NCBI GenBank assembly: GCA_044892525.1
Contig: CM097885.1
Location: 19,160,001 to 19,224,000, forward strand
DNA: 64,000 nt
Source of the DNA: Schmidtea polychroa
Lineage: Eukaryota
Direction: 5' to 3'
Position numbers and translations under genes: made by a program. Positions 1-16,354 of the stretch are shown here, one piece after another; the stretch's first letter is position 1, and each line of letters starts with the position of its first letter. The notes below the pieces were generated by a model, which saw only the letters and a program-made list of their open reading frames with translations, was not told the DNA's origin and made no database searches.

Positions 1-522
1 TTCAAAGGTTTAATTAATTAATCAATTAATTTCTTTGCCCACAGTTGATATTTGATACAGAGGAATTTTACACCGATTGATCGATATATTTGTGAATATT
101 GGGTAAGATCACAGAGTGTGATCTGATTGATAGGGGCACTGATTGGTGTTCATTCACCAATACCCAACTGTTGCTGTCAACAGACGATTGAACTTCAAAT
201 TTTATCTCGATTTCCCCTGTCGTTTTTACTAAATCACTTATGACAGTTTCATTATTATAGAAATTAAAAAAATACATATTCACGATAAATTTAGATGATA
301 AACAATTTCAAGTTAACTGAGTGATGGAAATTTATTTATTAGTAACGTTTATAAAATAAAAACAATGCAAATTTTACAATTAATATCTAATTTTTTATTT
401 AAATAGAATAAGAGTGATAAAGTTTATTCTAGAATTCATATTTTCTTGACGCTCGTTTTGGTACATAATTGTATCATTCTATTTAATATTCATCGTCGCA
501 ACAAATATTATTTTTGTAGAGG

Positions 523-662
<140 letters not shown>

Positions 663-666
663 TTAA

Positions 667-800
667 CTTGAAAAAGGCAGTGCCGAAAATTCGTGAATAT
701 CAAAAACATCGATATATTTACTGATTCATAGTCAAGCTTTTTAATAAATACAATGGAAAAGAAATCAGTGGTGAAATTTGAAAAAAAAGTTCTTATAATA
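667..800 (+). repeat. Interspersed repeat family A, probable Penelope-like element terminal repeat
   Basis: CTTGAAAAAGGCAGTGCCGAAAATTCGTGAATATCAAAAACATCGATATATTTACTGATTCATAGTCAAGC... recurs at about 1195-1995 (minus, split by an LTR), 6086-6118 (minus), 6176-6290, 12088-12230 (minus) and 25764-25880. Starts with a hammerhead-like core. The Penelope assignment is inference. Confidence 0.7.
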
Positions 801-1234
801 ATATTAATAATTATAATAAATTTCATATATTTTGTTAAAAAATTTTAATATTTAAATATTTAATATTTAATATTATTTATTAAGTATTTAAATGCATATC
901 ATTAAATATACCGCTGTTTTTATGCGAACCTTTAGGTTTTAACATTTTCACATGCGATATAATGTGTATTAACAATCGCCTAGATAATATATAACTTTTA
1001 TTGTCATATAACATATTACAAATTATAAACATAACTATAATAAATCCTGAAGCCGTTTAAATTATTATGAAAATATAAACTTTCAAATAATTAAATTTTT
1101 CAACATGACTTAAATTATATGTTCATTTTGGTTATATAGTTATTTGTAAATTATTTATATTTATTATTTATATATCGTAATATAAAAACACTTAAAAGAG
1201 AGCTTGAAAACTATAAATCAGTAATATATTGATG

Positions 1235-1945
1235 TGTTGAGGATACCTAAATAACAATTTATAAAGAAATAAATAAAGTTACCTGGGGGAAGATCGCCAT
1301 GACAAACGGGATGATCTATTGGAACTCGGGAAAGAGAGCGGAAGTAAAAAGAAATTAAAATGAGAATATAAAGGAAATAAAAGGAATCAAACAGGAAAAT
1401 AAAAACCAAGGTCAGTACTAATTAATTAGTACAAAAAGGAAAAGGAATTTTGAAATCGGGGAAAAAGGAAAACAACAATATCCTTATCTTAACAGCTTGC
1501 CAGTGATAACAGAATTAATGGGATAAGGCCATTGAAACAACAATTTGGAAGAAATATTTGAATCAAATTGAAGCAGAAAAACTAAAAAGAAAACTGAAAT
1601 AAAAGAGAATCAGCAAATTGTTCATTCAGTTGATAATAGAGTAAAGTTAGACTAGTAAAGCCAAGTAAAAATCAGAGAACAACCAGTTAAAATTACCAAT
1701 TATTATACTCTTTAGTTGTGAGAGGTTTGACAAATCAAAGTTATACGAGTGTGCTATTCTTCACCATAGTGTTGTAATAAGCACGGTATAATAGTCAGCT
1801 TGTTGAGTCAATTGTATCATTGTGAAAATATTTGTGATATTCAATAAAGTTTCCAGTGTTAATTGTTATTTGTGTGTGGCAGTCAAAGACACGCTTGGAG
1901 TCAGAGTAAGAGTTCTAATTCTATCACCAACTCAATAACCCAACA
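1235..1945 (+). mobile_element. Solo LTR (711 bp)
   Basis: Begins TGTTG and ends CAACA; flanked by a 4-bp direct repeat GATG (1231-1234, 1946-1949); internal AATAAA near 1843; removing it rejoins a minus-strand copy of repeat family A. Confidence 0.8.
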
Positions 1946-2306
1946 GATGTTTTTTGATACTCACGAATTTTCGACACTGCCTTTTTCAAGTGAATTTAAT
2001 CATTATTACATTAAATAATTGTTGTTGGGCAAAAATAAATTTATTTCGTATATTATAATAAATTTATTGGTTTAATTATATTTTATTTATATTTTATTTT
2101 AATTACCCAAATAATATTTCCTATTTTTTTAATTTTATAATTTAATTTTTAACTTTTTAATATTTTATTTTATAAAAAAACGTTTTTTATTTTTTATATA
2201 TTTTTTTAATTTTAAATTTTAAATTTAAAATTTAAATCTAAATCAAAACCTGAATTTAAACTTAAATACAAATAAACGTCTCAGAGATTTTTTTATTTTA
2301 TTTATA

Positions 2307-2492
2307 TTAATTTAGTTGAATGTTGATGGACGGTTTAAGATTTTTGATATAAAGAGTCTCTGAGGCTAATCTTTGCAATGAATTTTTGAACGCATCTTGT
2401 AACATTTTGCATTTTGTTTCGTGTAATAGTGGTGCTGATTTGTGCAATATTTTTCCAGTGTTCGTGATAATTGCTGGTTTTGCACTTGACAA
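2307..2492 (-). pseudogene. Penelope-like GIY-YIG endonuclease C-terminal remnant
   Basis: ORF ends RLASETLYIKNLKPSINIQ, matching the E-x-L-x-I-K-x-x-K-P-x-I/L-N-x-Q tail of PLE GIY-YIG domains. Confidence 0.6.
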
Positions 2493-3518
2493 TAAAGAAG
2501 GAAATATATAAAAAAATTGTTTTATTGTTTGTTTAATTTATAAAATTCCAAGTTAGAAATTCCAAATTTATTTGAACCATTCATTTATTATTCGCGTGAC
2601 AGTAAAATAAAATCAAAATTCTGCTTAATTAGTATTTGTCCTACTGACAATTTGATCAGTTATATAATATTAATTAAAATCTATTAATATATATTTCCAT
2701 AGTGTGACTAAAGAAATTTAAAAAGTTAATTTTGCTTAAATTGTAAGGTTATCGTTGTCTTTGAAACTGCAGAGATGATTAAATGCCTCTATTAAACATT
2801 TACAATGTCAACGAAATTAAAGTTATAAACATAAATCAGCGTAAATTAAAACAAAATTTGACTTGTGATATATTAATAAATAAGAAAACATTAAATTAAT
2901 CAGTCAAAATATTCAGTGTGGAATAAATTATTATTTTGATATTAAAATATTTTAATACTTTTAAATCACTGGTTCTCAAAATTTTTATAAGTGACGCCTT
3001 TTCCTGCATATGGAAATACAAATATAATAATATTAATATAATAAATTATATAATGAATATAATAAAATATCAATAAAAGATGATTCATTTTTAATTAAAA
3101 ACTAAAACGCCAAACATATGAAATTATTCAGTCTGTCATCATAATCTATCTCAAAAATTATACATGGAAATAATAAAGATGTGTTATGATTTAATTCAAT
3201 AATCTCAATAAATTCGTTGTTGATTAAACATTAATTGTAGCAGGTTGTGATTTAATCACCAACAAACTTATTAATAAAAATTTTTTAAAGAATTTTAAAA
3301 ACTTTTAAATCAGTTGTCTCTTTAAACATTTTTAATTTTCAATAATAACTTACATTCTTCAATCGACTATGTTCCAGAACAATATCCGAAGATAACAGAA
3401 AGTCTTTTCTATGTACATGTTATTGCACCAATTACATGAAAACTTCTACATTAGATCATCACTAAACCTAATGTCATTCAATCCTCCTCAGAAATATACC
3501 AAAATTCTTGATATGGTC

Positions 3519-3574
<56 letters not shown>

Positions 3575-3722
3575 GTAGTCAAACCAATTAAATCAATATA
3601 AATATTAAATTAATATTTATATTAATAATAACATATTTAAAAAAATTTTGTTTTAATATGTTATTAATTTAAGAAAAATAGAATTTGAAAAAAGTCGTCT
3701 TACTTCTATCTTATTAATAATA

Positions 3723-4001
3723 ATGCAAATTAATGTAGAAGACAACATTGGTGTCAGAAGTGTGGCTCAAGAAAGTAGTCACATTCAAATGAAAATTCCA
3801 ACATTTTTCGACAATGTCGCAGTCTGGTTTCAACAAGTGGACGCAGCATTGGAACTGGCCTCAATCAGAAACGAAAAAACCAAATATTTTCACTTGTTAA
3901 ACAGCTTACCATCTCGCGTTCTCGAAGAGTACTCGGATTTAATGGATCCCCATATCAAGCAGCCATATTCAGCACTTAAAGAAGCATGTCTTCTATTATA
4001 A
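3723..4001 (+). pseudogene. Truncated LTR-retrotransposon gag N-terminal domain
   Basis: KIPTFFDNVAVWFQQVDAALELASIRNEKTKYFHLLNSLP...PYSALKEA resembles the KLPxF...WFxQxEAxF...KFxxLxxxL...PYxxLK motif of Gypsy-type gag N-termini; cut off by a family-B repeat. Confidence 0.7.
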
Positions 4002-4011
4002 TTATTATTAT

Positions 4012-4996
<985 letters not shown>

Positions 4997-6022
4997 GGAT
5001 TTCTTAACATAAATTCTCTCGATTTTATTTTATTATTATTTATTACTGAAAAAACTAAAACTAAAAGAAACAGTTAAAATAAAAATGTTATTTACTATTA
5101 CAAAATTTACATGGAAATATACTAAAATCATCTATGGAAAATGTGAAATACAACACTGTCAATAATTCTGATTTACGTTACAAATTATTATTAAAAAAAG
5201 TTAAAAAATATACATTACATTTACATATTAGGAACGCTCAATTTGAAATTCGGGAAATGATTGGAAAAGTAAACTTTTTTTCTGTCGTACTTTATATGAA
5301 ATTTTTATTTTTTATTTTTCTTTTAGTTAAAATTTAGTAATAATTTAAACAAAGTTCGCTTACAAATAACATTTCCATAATTCAAAAAGAATTTCAATTT
5401 CAATTTATTTTATAAAAAAAACAAATCCAGCTAAAGTAACTTTCACATAATCTAATCACGTTTCAAAACTAATATGTTTTCTTTAAACAAAATAACATTT
5501 TCAACAAAAAAAGGAATAGGTTCTAATTATTCAACAGAAGTTTATTTGAATTCTGTTTATCCGAGATAAACAATAAATAAAAATAAAATGTATTTCATCT
5601 CAGCTGTAATAAATATACGTGACTAAAATCAGAAAATAGATGAATTTTCTTTTATTTCACATTTGTTCTATATGGAAATTATTCAGGTTTTTCTTGATTC
5701 GAGGCGTGCATAATTCTATGGATGATGAAAAACCCAATTAACCAATTAAATATTTGAATATTATTTTAAAATTAATAAAAAATAAATTATTTTATAAGCT
5801 TTGAGATATATTGTTAAGGGATGTTATAATTTTCTATACTTTTTAAACTTAATTATTTTCAGAGATGAAATAATAATGAGTCTTGCATTACTAGTTTTCA
5901 ATGTTCAAACAGGCGAGAACCTGTCCGGAAAAAAAACATGCAAATATAACACTAAGTAAAGTTCAAGTGAAACATACAAATTAAACTGGCATTGTATTTA
6001 TAAAAAAATTGATTATGAATCA

Positions 6023-6023
<1 letters not shown>

Positions 6024-6086
<63 letters not shown>
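6024..6086. repeat. (TA)n microsatellite
   Basis: Direct dinucleotide tract. Confidence 0.97.
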
Positions 6087-6091
<5 letters not shown>

Positions 6092-6399
6092 TTTTTTGAT
6101 ATTCACGAATTTTTGAAAATATGGGGATTAGATAATAGATAATGGTCAAAATCACTTGATAATGTTTGTGCATAAAATTTGTGAATATAAAAAAAGCATC
6201 GACATCTTTACTGATTCATAGTCAATTTTCTATAAATACAATGCTAATTGAAAAGAAATCAGAGATGAAAATCTAAAAAAATTCTTATAATTAATTAAAC
6301 CAACTAAAATGAGCAAAACAAGCATCAAAATTAGAAACAAATAAGTAAAAAAAAATAACCGATTTATTACAAGAATTAAACAAAAATATAAGAAATATA

Positions 6400-8750
6400 A
6401 ATAGCACAATTAAAACAGATTCATACTGTCGCTACAATGGCATCGATGATGTTAATTTCAAAGTGAATTTTGATGGAAGAAAATGGACTGTACAAGGGAG
6501 GGGGTTGGAGGTCAACCAATGCTAAGAGATCTACACGGGACATTCCATTTAATAGAATAATTCCAAAAACCTTGATAAGTAAGTTCAAGAGTGGATTTCA
6601 AACTGTTGATTGCAAGAACAACATGGACCATACAACGTAGTTATACCTTTAGTAGCAGTCAAGTAACTCGACAAAGAAATCTTGTGCTGGTAATGTATTT
6701 CTAATAATTAAACATGTGTGTCGAATGGAAAAGATGTAGTCAGTCCTTATTAATTTACGTAAAACTTACTTTGCAGAATCTTTAGTGTTATCAAGTGATG
6801 CGATATGCGAGAAGTAATTATTATTTAAGTCGCTTAGAGTTTGCTTTAAGCTGCGCTCTTAAAATAATATCAAAGATCTTGTGAAAACACTTTCCTATAA
6901 TGTTGACGCTCGAGACACCAAATTCAGCTATATCGACGACATCGTAGATTTTCCTGACTCGCATGGGCTTAAGACCAAAGATCCGGTATTTATTGTAAAC
7001 GCAAGGGTGTTGGGACTTTCTTACTTTTGCACAAAAAGCGAAAAAAGAACCTTGATCGCGAACTTTGACGTAAATGAGACATGCTCTATTTTCTATTTGT
7101 TGTTTCATGATTGTGCACTATTCGGTGTTGCGACATGGCAACGAGTTGTCTGCAGTTTCATTTAACGCCTGAGGTTGGAAAATTTATGGGATGACGATGT
7201 CGGGAACAAGAGTGAAAACGAAGACCTAGTTGGTGGAATTTGACTAGCACCGTATTTACCACTAGGCCGACAAGACATGACATGTAGTAACTTGTACGAG
7301 TAAGGACTTTGGAAGAAAATTCATGAAACATTTAATCATTATGTTATTAAAGTTTAAACTGATAAACTTTAATTCGTGTTGCTGGATTTGTCTTCTCAAT
7401 ATAACTTATATTGTGAATATCAATATGAACTTATAATTTTAAAGAGCAAAAGTAAGTAAATGCAGCTAAGGAAGAATTCAGTGTGACGCCAGTAATCTTG
7501 CACTAGAAGGCTACCTAAAAAATAACTAAAACATAGTTGAAAATGCCTCGTGGTTATGAAATAAGAATGATAACTTACATATCATTGTTGCGGAACTAGA
7601 TGCCGTTTAGTGAGGTATTAATCTTGCAGAGTGATGCGACGTTTAAAGATTAAAGAATATTACATCTTCAAATGGGTTGACAATGTTTTGTTCGGAATGA
7701 TAAAAGTAGATACTAGTTGTTGCTCCGAGATAATGGTTAAAAGACGGCTTGATATAATCAAGCAGCTAGATGATGAGTTTGGACAAGAAATATATATGGA
7801 ACGGTAGCATCAGAAAAAAACATAACAGAGACTTTCACTCGAAAACCACAAAGCGTGGATGAATTTTTGATCTCACCCATTGCTTGGGAAGTTCTTTATT
7901 CTTAGTTTCAAATTTCAAGGGAAGTATCACCTTTGCACTAATCCAATGCTATATATAGCCAAGAAATTAGATCCAACTATTATCTTCAGCATAGTGAAGA
8001 AAATTATCAATTCGTGACAATCAGCCCAAAATATCGATAGAATGTACATGAGAAATGGACTCCGCAGAGTTCATATATGGGACCTAAAAATAAAATATCG
8101 ATGTGTCTACAGACCAAAATAGTAGAAAGAAATCACGCGGATAGTTTTTTAAAGTCAGTATGTGACCCACTCAGAACAGTTTTATTTTATAATATTACTC
8201 CACATTCAGGTTTAGACGATGACAACATAACTTTAAAGGTGCATTTTGGTCATATATAGAGGTGTCCAGAATTTCTAGGGAATAAAGATGAATCCGATAA
8301 ACATGACTATTGTAACTCAGATGACTATTGTAACTCTGTATACTGTTAAAAATTATGTATTTGTGAAGCTGTTGAATAGAAAATACAACGTACACTATGT
8401 GATTGGCACCAGAATCAATTCTTCAACAAACATGTAAGTCAATGGTACCGCAAGTTATGTCAGTCATCTAAGAAGGGTCGCCAACCCCATGATATTTTTG
8501 AACAATCTGAACTGATAGGTGACAGGAACGCAGATAATTTATCAGTTTCCAATTGCAAAGAATGAAAAGAAAATTCAAGGCCATGGAGTCGATGAAAGAT
8601 TATTAGAATGATCCTAATATCAATACTGATTTTGCCAGAGATCCGAGACATTAAAATCCAATTGAATTATACATCAATGGCAACGTAACTGATGTTTCGA
8701 CAAATATATTTTTGTACCCCCTAAAAGTCATCGAGCATAAAGTAAAGTTT
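6400..8750 (+). pseudogene. Highly decayed LTR-retrotransposon (Gypsy-like) pol
   Basis: Higher-GC block; ORF 6881..7165 contains FSYIDDIV (RT YxDD), followed by a GACGCCAGT (DAS, RNase H-like) near 7484; many stops and frameshifts; boundaries approximate. Confidence 0.5.
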
Positions 8751-11700
8751 CTGTTAGTTTATTCAATCTTTTACAATGGACGTACATTAAATGAATAGAA
8801 TAATGTATTTGTTAGAATATTAAGATTTAACAGGTAAATAAAAATATTTAGAAACGCAATTCTTTGTTCAATTAATGTTTATGTTGATTAAAATTTCATC
8901 TTAAGATTTGAGATTGTCTTCTATAAAAATATAATTTTGTACGAATGAAGTGCAATAAAACTTCAAGAAAACAGATGAAATAAGCAATAGAAAAATTCTA
9001 ATTGAGTTTCCGCAACTCCTAAATATTGTACAGATAAAGAAAGAACAATATATCATTCATTGTCTCTAATCGGCGTTCCTGAATATTTTATCGATTGTTT
9101 ACATGTTTGTTTCATTAGAGAAATTGCATGCACCGTATTTGTATGTTTTATTAATTTTTCTACCCTTTCTGGAATCCTATAATAAATTGGTAGATGTATT
9201 TTCAGCACATAAGTGGGTTTGAATAAAAATTATAATATAACTAATATGTTTTCTAATATAAGGAGTTTTTATCAAATGCAACGATGTAAACAAGAAGTGA
9301 ACCTGTGCCGTTTACACTGTATATACGCATAAATGTATTGCCTAGACTCAACAGACCAAAGTTCATCAGTATAGCTAGAGTTGTGTTTTGTACTTTGAAA
9401 ATGAGGTTACACATGTATACGAATTATATTTCATATAATTGTTTTTGGCCGGTGAAATTCTATTATGCTTACACCTTCTTTTGAGAAATCATCTATAATA
9501 CAGATTTATATATGCTGAGAAAACTTGTAGATCCCTACAAAGTCTCCTTTGAAAAAGATATAGCAGGGCAATTGGGTGTATGTTATGATTGTATAAGTAA
9601 TGGAATATTACAATTTCAATTAAAAATCTGAAAATATAACAATAATAACTTTTAACAATAACTTTATTCCATATATTAATCTGAAATAATATCACTCTTT
9701 TTTTTGTCATTGATTGATTATAAAATCGGCCAAGTGATAATCTTTCTCTCTGGGTTATAATGCATCTGTATAATTTCTGACATGAGAGGATTCTTCTTGT
9801 AGTCTCTTAAGATATAACTCTTTATCTACCACTCAAATGGTTTGATGATTTCTTAGGTGCAAATATTTCCACAGTGTGATTTCGCAATACTGATCTTATC
9901 CAAAATTTCAATTTTTATTTCTCTTCTTTACAAATCTATTAGTTTAGTTATTTCTGATATTTGGCTTTTTTATTTTTAATTTAGTTGTAAACCCTATTTA
10001 ATAATTCTTCCCAATTTAATTTGCTAAACTCTCTTCAGTTTCTAATTCTCTCTTCAAAGTTTTCTTTAGTAATATATTCAACTTTCTTAAATTTATCAAT
10101 TTCTATAGTAAATCATTAAAAACAGTTTATAGAGAACTAATTAACAGTATAACATCAAAAAAGAAATTACATTGCAGTGTGCAAACCAATAGATGACTCA
10201 TAGTTTTAAATTTTTGAATTATTTTTGGATTTTTTATAGTTTAAAGTAAGTAATATTAAATAATATTAAAAAATTTAGAAGTAGAAATAAATGTAGTCTT
10301 GTCTCGCAGTTGCCTAAACATAGAAAAATTATGCAAAAAAACACCATGCACAAGTTTCACAATAAAGTACCTGTTTAAGTAAAACTACTTTTTCGGTCTT
10401 GAAAATGTTATTAAGTGTATATTCAAATATAATTTGGAAAATTTTCTGAAATAGCAGCTGTCCAATATAAATAAATGATGTAATATAAATTATATAATAG
10501 AAAACGAATTTCATTTTAATTAAGGTAAGTGTTCTGCCAAAAAAGTAAATAACGGGTTCAGCACTCTATAAAAGGTTATGAATCAATGTTGGTAATGAGA
10601 AGCATCAAAAATAGATTGCAAATATGTTACCAACAAATTGCATTTATTTTGGCTATGTATGTTCAAATTTCATAAATAACATTGTATCTTACTTATGTGA
10701 TTCAATTATACGTAAATAGTATAAAAATTAACATAACTATAGTTAAACAAGGAAACATTCTGTCTTTCTGTAATCAAAATATGAATGTGAACAATTTGTT
10801 GGAACTTTCCAAAATATGGAACCGAAGATTAAAAATTTTAATTCTGCATTTGACCTCTAAGGGTTCGATTAACACTCTTAATCCGTCATTGTATATAACT
10901 TACAATAATTAAATTAAAAATATAAACATCACAAGCTTTGTGATACCCAGCGCAAATCCCCATAGTATGGAGTTTCGAGCTTTTGGGTCTCATCAGTACT
11001 ATGCAGGAGACGCGAAGATTATAAGTATATAATATTGCTGCTTTAACTTTATTGTATACTTTCCCTGTTACACCGGAAATCACATCACTTGCTTAATAGC
11101 TTAGTCGCAGATAAATATGTAAACTTGTAAACATGGCGTATGAAAAATCATAAACACCTCTGCGGACTAAAAAATGAGTCGATATACAGAAAATCTTTAC
11201 AAGTGCATCTGATTACTTTTAGCATTTTTACTTATAAAGTAATGGTATAAAATATTTTTTTCGGATGTCTTACACTTGAATAGTATTTGCCATTAATTTA
11301 GCTTATTTATAATTTCGATGGAGATTGACAAGGACTATCTTATAGTCGAAAGTTTTTTCATTAAATACATTATTCGCAGCAAAAGGCATTAAATTATCAT
11401 TTTATTATTTTAAATAATAAATGGTGTTTCCAAGAAATCATCACTTTATATTTAAATAATAATAATAAACTTTATTTTAAATTTTATTATTAGAAATTTA
11501 TCGAAATTTAAACTTCCAAAAATATTTTCAATACAAAAACAAAAATTGTTATTTCTAACATTTATTCTCCAGAAACCTCATTAAAAATGCTATGAAATAA
11601 TATCTGGCTATCATAGAGTTTACCTCTAAAAGTGAAATTTTCTAGAGAATGTAAAAACAAACACGCTAAACTGCTTACTTTCAAGTTTATCAGCAATTTT

Positions 11701-14506
11701 GAAAGAAAGTAAATTATTAACAGTTTGGATTGTTAGGCAAAATAACTAAAACTTTCAACGGGTTTCCCTATTTTTCCCCAGTTAAATATGCAAATTTATG
11801 ATGCCAGTCTGGTCGTTTCTCTTCTTTCAGTACACCATATGCCGTTATTTGTAATTAAATTTACATCCCCAATTAAATAACCGAAAAAAATAAATATTTA
11901 AACACTCTTTACTGAAATGGTAAATTATACTGCGACCTCTGGCTCCTTCCTTGAATTCAAATGAAATCTCTGGGGTCAATTCAGATAATTTTTTGCAAAT
12001 GAAATATTATTGATTTTTTAAAAAATGTGAAAGGTTCGTGAAACATTTTTATAATATTTTATAAATATTTTTGATTATATTAGAATATTATAAGAACTTT
12101 TTTCAAATTTCACTACTGATTTCTTTTCAATTGATATTGTATTTATTAAAAAGCTTGACTATGAATCAGTAAATATATCAATGATTTTTTGATATATTTA
12201 TTGATTCATAGTTAAGCTTTTTAATAAATGCTATATTAGAATGCATTATAATATATAGGTTTCATAACATGATTAATAATTTCACTAATACTGGAGGTTT
12301 TGAACATCCTTATGTAGACTATAGTCATATGTTGAAAGTTGTAGGAGGGAAACCAATTAATTTTATTTTATTGGAAAATGGTGACACATCACTATATAGG
12401 TGTTACCAAATTAGACAGACATTTATATTGAAATGATCTTACAATTTCTGATACTATAGTTCAGATATTATGATGCCATTGTTGTTTAACGGTTTTCAGT
12501 ATAAGGTTTCTTTTGCGTAAACACAAGGAATTGTGTGATCAATTCTTTATCACTCGTCATACTCTTCTTTTAAATAAAAATATAGAATTTAAGGTTTGGT
12601 CTTAAACAGTGACTTCTTCTTTTGTCCTTTGAAGCTATTTTACCGGTAGATGGTAGACATTGTCAAAAGCATTTTATTTAAAAATATTACTGGTGTGAAA
12701 GACATAAAACGTTTTTTGGACTTGATTGTTGTTGTGGAGATGAACAAAGGTAAATATTTCTTGTAAATAAGTTCATTAGTCGATAAAAATGTAGCAATGA
12801 CAGTTAAGCCACTAGATACTGGAGCAAAAAACACAAATAACTCTAATTTGCAACGGGAAATTCAATAACATTAATATATAATGAATTGATCCAGACATTA
12901 GCATCAATCCGGGAAATACTGTTCTACTAACATTTCGACCAAGATCTTTCATCAAATCAATTTTATAAATTATAAAATCCATTTTCAGCCATATAGTAGA
13001 CTGCACGATAGTTAAACCGTAGATCGAATTCATGAATTATACATTCAAATCGAATTACGGAAAATAAACGTGAACTAAATCCAACTAGCCAAGCCAGTGA
13101 TAAAATAAATAATGTCAAAACATTAGATGCAATTTAATTATAGATAAATTATCTTTCCTGAAAGTATCTTTTGTCATTAAAGATACGAGAATAAAATTAA
13201 ATTGTAAGGTTATGAGGTGTTTTCAGCTGAGAATTAAATATTTTAATGATTTATTAAAATACTTTTAAATGATAAATAATTGACTATTTAAAATAACTTT
13301 TAAAAACATTTTTTAAAATTGAATTTTTGAATTGAAATTTTTAAATTAAAAAATTAAACAAGCTTTTATTAGTAAATCATTTTTAAATAAATATATTTTA
13401 AATATCGAAATTTGAATAAATGATTTTTAAAATATTTTATTCAACGCTGAAAATTTGTTTGGAAATTATACAATATTTCATTAAATAAATACTTGGAATT
13501 ATGACATTAACTTTTGAACCGGATTTAAAAAATAATTTAGAAAATGTGTTAGCAGCTTCTAATAAAGGCAAATAAATAAAAAATAAATATTTTTAAAAAC
13601 CTTTAAACAAAGTTTATTTAAAATTTTTTTAATTAATTTTTTTAAATTTTATAAATAAAATCTTCATTTGCTGCAAAGACCACCACGATTGTATATTTAA
13701 TTTTTATATAGTTTTTCCATTTTTCTAAAATAACATTAACTACTTCTGATTTTCTTTCTTTTTCTTCTGCTGTCACCTGTTTTCTTTGTAACAAATCTTT
13801 AGTCAAATCAATTTCAACACCCTGAGAACATTAAATGACAACATTATAAATAATTTATATGGGCAGGTCTTGTCTAAAAAATTACCTTATAGTAAATTTA
13901 AATGAGTTACCTTCAATAAACAGTTAAATAATTTAATTAATTCAATAAACACGGAACATTGGATATCCCCAAATCTATTAATGATAAACTGGATGATTTT
14001 CCAATCGCTGCTAAAAATATGTGTGCATTGGGTTCTAAAGTTTATAAGCTGATGCTTACGCATTATCCCAAGAAGAATTATGTTTTCATTGAAGGCTTCT
14101 CGACCTTTTTGTTTCTTACGGTGATAAAATAACATATATACATGGGTCAATTTCTTATAGGCAAAAGTCAATTTTCAATGTATACATCAATACGAATACT
14201 ACGGCAAGGTCGACACAAATTAATTCAGTTCATTTAAACAAAATTCCATTTACTTTAAAATTCTTAGCCAAATATTTGTGTTAAATTGTAAAAGATATAT
14301 ATATATATATATATATATATAACAGAAATATAATTAAATTTTGATAAAATTTATCACAGTGGAACCAAATAAAAACTGATTTTACTAATAACTAAATACT
14401 AAATTTGTAAAATTTATAAAAATCTTTACAGGATTATATAAATTATTTAAAAATTAAATAATTGAATTTCTTAAACATAAAACCAATATTTTAGAGTAGA
14501 AGCAGA

Positions 14507-14927
14507 CATGGGTGTGTGCAGGAATTTTTTCAGGGAGGCGGACAAAAATATTTTTTTTACCAAGTAGACAATTTTTCTAGGGGTAAGAGATTTGAAATAA
14601 AATGCATGTGTATAATAAATATTTGTGGCATTATACAAAAAGGACATTTTTATTAATTTACAAAATAGAACACTTTTTTTAAAACCAGAACGTCAGTTAA
14701 TATTGAAAGATTTTATACTAATAAGATGTTTTGAAATCATTGATTTCCAATATAATTAATAACATTAAAAAAAGACAGGAAGCCTCTTTAAATTTAATTT
14801 TTTTATTAATTTTTTTTTGTCTTGGATTTTTCCAACATTGTTTGAGCGCATCTATTAAAATGTGTTTAAACTTATCGAAAAATAGAATGGTTTGCGAAAT
14901 TCAGGAGAGGGGGAGTGGACGCCCATG
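14507..14927. mobile_element. Non-autonomous hAT-type MITE (421 bp)
   Basis: Termini CATGGGTGT / ACGCCCATG are inverted (1 mismatch); 8-bp flanks GAAGCAGA (14499-14506) and GAAGCAGG (14928-14935) form a near-perfect TSD, the length typical of hAT elements. Confidence 0.7.
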
Positions 14928-16087
14928 GAAGCAGGTGCTTGTATTTTGTGTAACTGGATAAGTTTAATTAAAAAATATCAAATTAATTAATATAATAATA
15001 TTGCTAAATTTAATTTATCTTATTAAAATAATTATTTAAACTAATAGAAAAAAAATTAAATTAAAGATATTAATGAAAACTTTCGATATTTTGCAATAAA
15101 AATTTGAAAAAAAATGAAATAGAACATTTATGAAAAGTTAATGAATGCGAAAGATATTGTTTACTAAACTGTTTAATAATATATAGATAATTATCAATTT
15201 AAAAACTTTTTTATTTTATAAATTGACAATTTAGTTGTGTTCAAGAATTGTATATTTTGTGCAATTAATTTTTTAGAAAATTGTATGAAAATATGAAGTT
15301 AAAATTAAATTTTGATTTTACTGAAAATTTTAATAATCCCTCTAAATTTCAATTGCTAATTTATTTCACCCATTTAAATTATAATTCAAAAAAGTAAATT
15401 TTATTAATATTATTTCCTTTAATCATTCAAAAAACGTTATTTAAATGTAAAATATTTTTTAAATTTATTACATCTATAGTAAAAAATAAAATATAAATTA
15501 ATTTAAATAATAATTTAATAATTACTTAGAAAGTAGGTTTTTCCCGGGCGCCCTTTTTTCAAAATCCCAAGTCCTTCACGTGAATCTTATTGCATGCGTT
15601 AGAATCAATGTGTTCGCAAACCAAAAACGCACGTATGATGCAACACATTAATATTTTTCAATACTTTAAAATGCTATTATACTTGATTTTAAATTCCATC
15701 TATACATTGCACTATTGAAAAGTGCATCAGGAGTCGGCTTTCCATCGTATGATTTGGTCCCTTAAAGCAACTTCCGAGAATTTAGATTCAACAAAATACA
15801 CACAACTTATTTTATTAAAATTTTTATTGTATTAAAATTTTTATTGTATTAAAATTTTTAACGACTTATACAAAATATATGTAGAAATATTATCGGATCA
15901 ATGATCGGATCAAAAATGTTACTAAAAATAGATGTCTTTTGTTATTAAAAATAGAACGACCTTGGCGAGTCAACGGATCAATGATCGGATCAAAAATGTT
16001 TATAAAAATAGATTCAAAATGTTACTAAAAATAGAACGACCTTGATGACTCAGTAGATGAGTCATGGTCTTTGTTTAAATGACCTTG

Positions 16088-16219
<132 letters not shown>

Positions 16220-16354
16220 ATTTATAGTAATAAATAATAAATCCCATGGGCGCGTCATTGTCTTTGTTCTGAAAACAGATGTCTTTGTTCTGAAAATGAT
16301 GAGTCTTTGTTCAAAAAATAAATGAGTCATCGATGAGTACTTTTGTATTGCCGT

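Noticed and set aside
9480..10140. Possible non-LTR (RTE-like) RT remnant on the minus strand, also 42230-42640; possible GIY-YIG remnant at 41400-41830
   Set aside because: Only vague similarity across many stops; needs a translated profile search.
12270..14220. Higher-complexity blocks with short ORFs (also 68-283, 10300-11280, 45050-45860)
   Set aside because: No recognisable domain motif; cannot distinguish decayed transposons from exons without a search.
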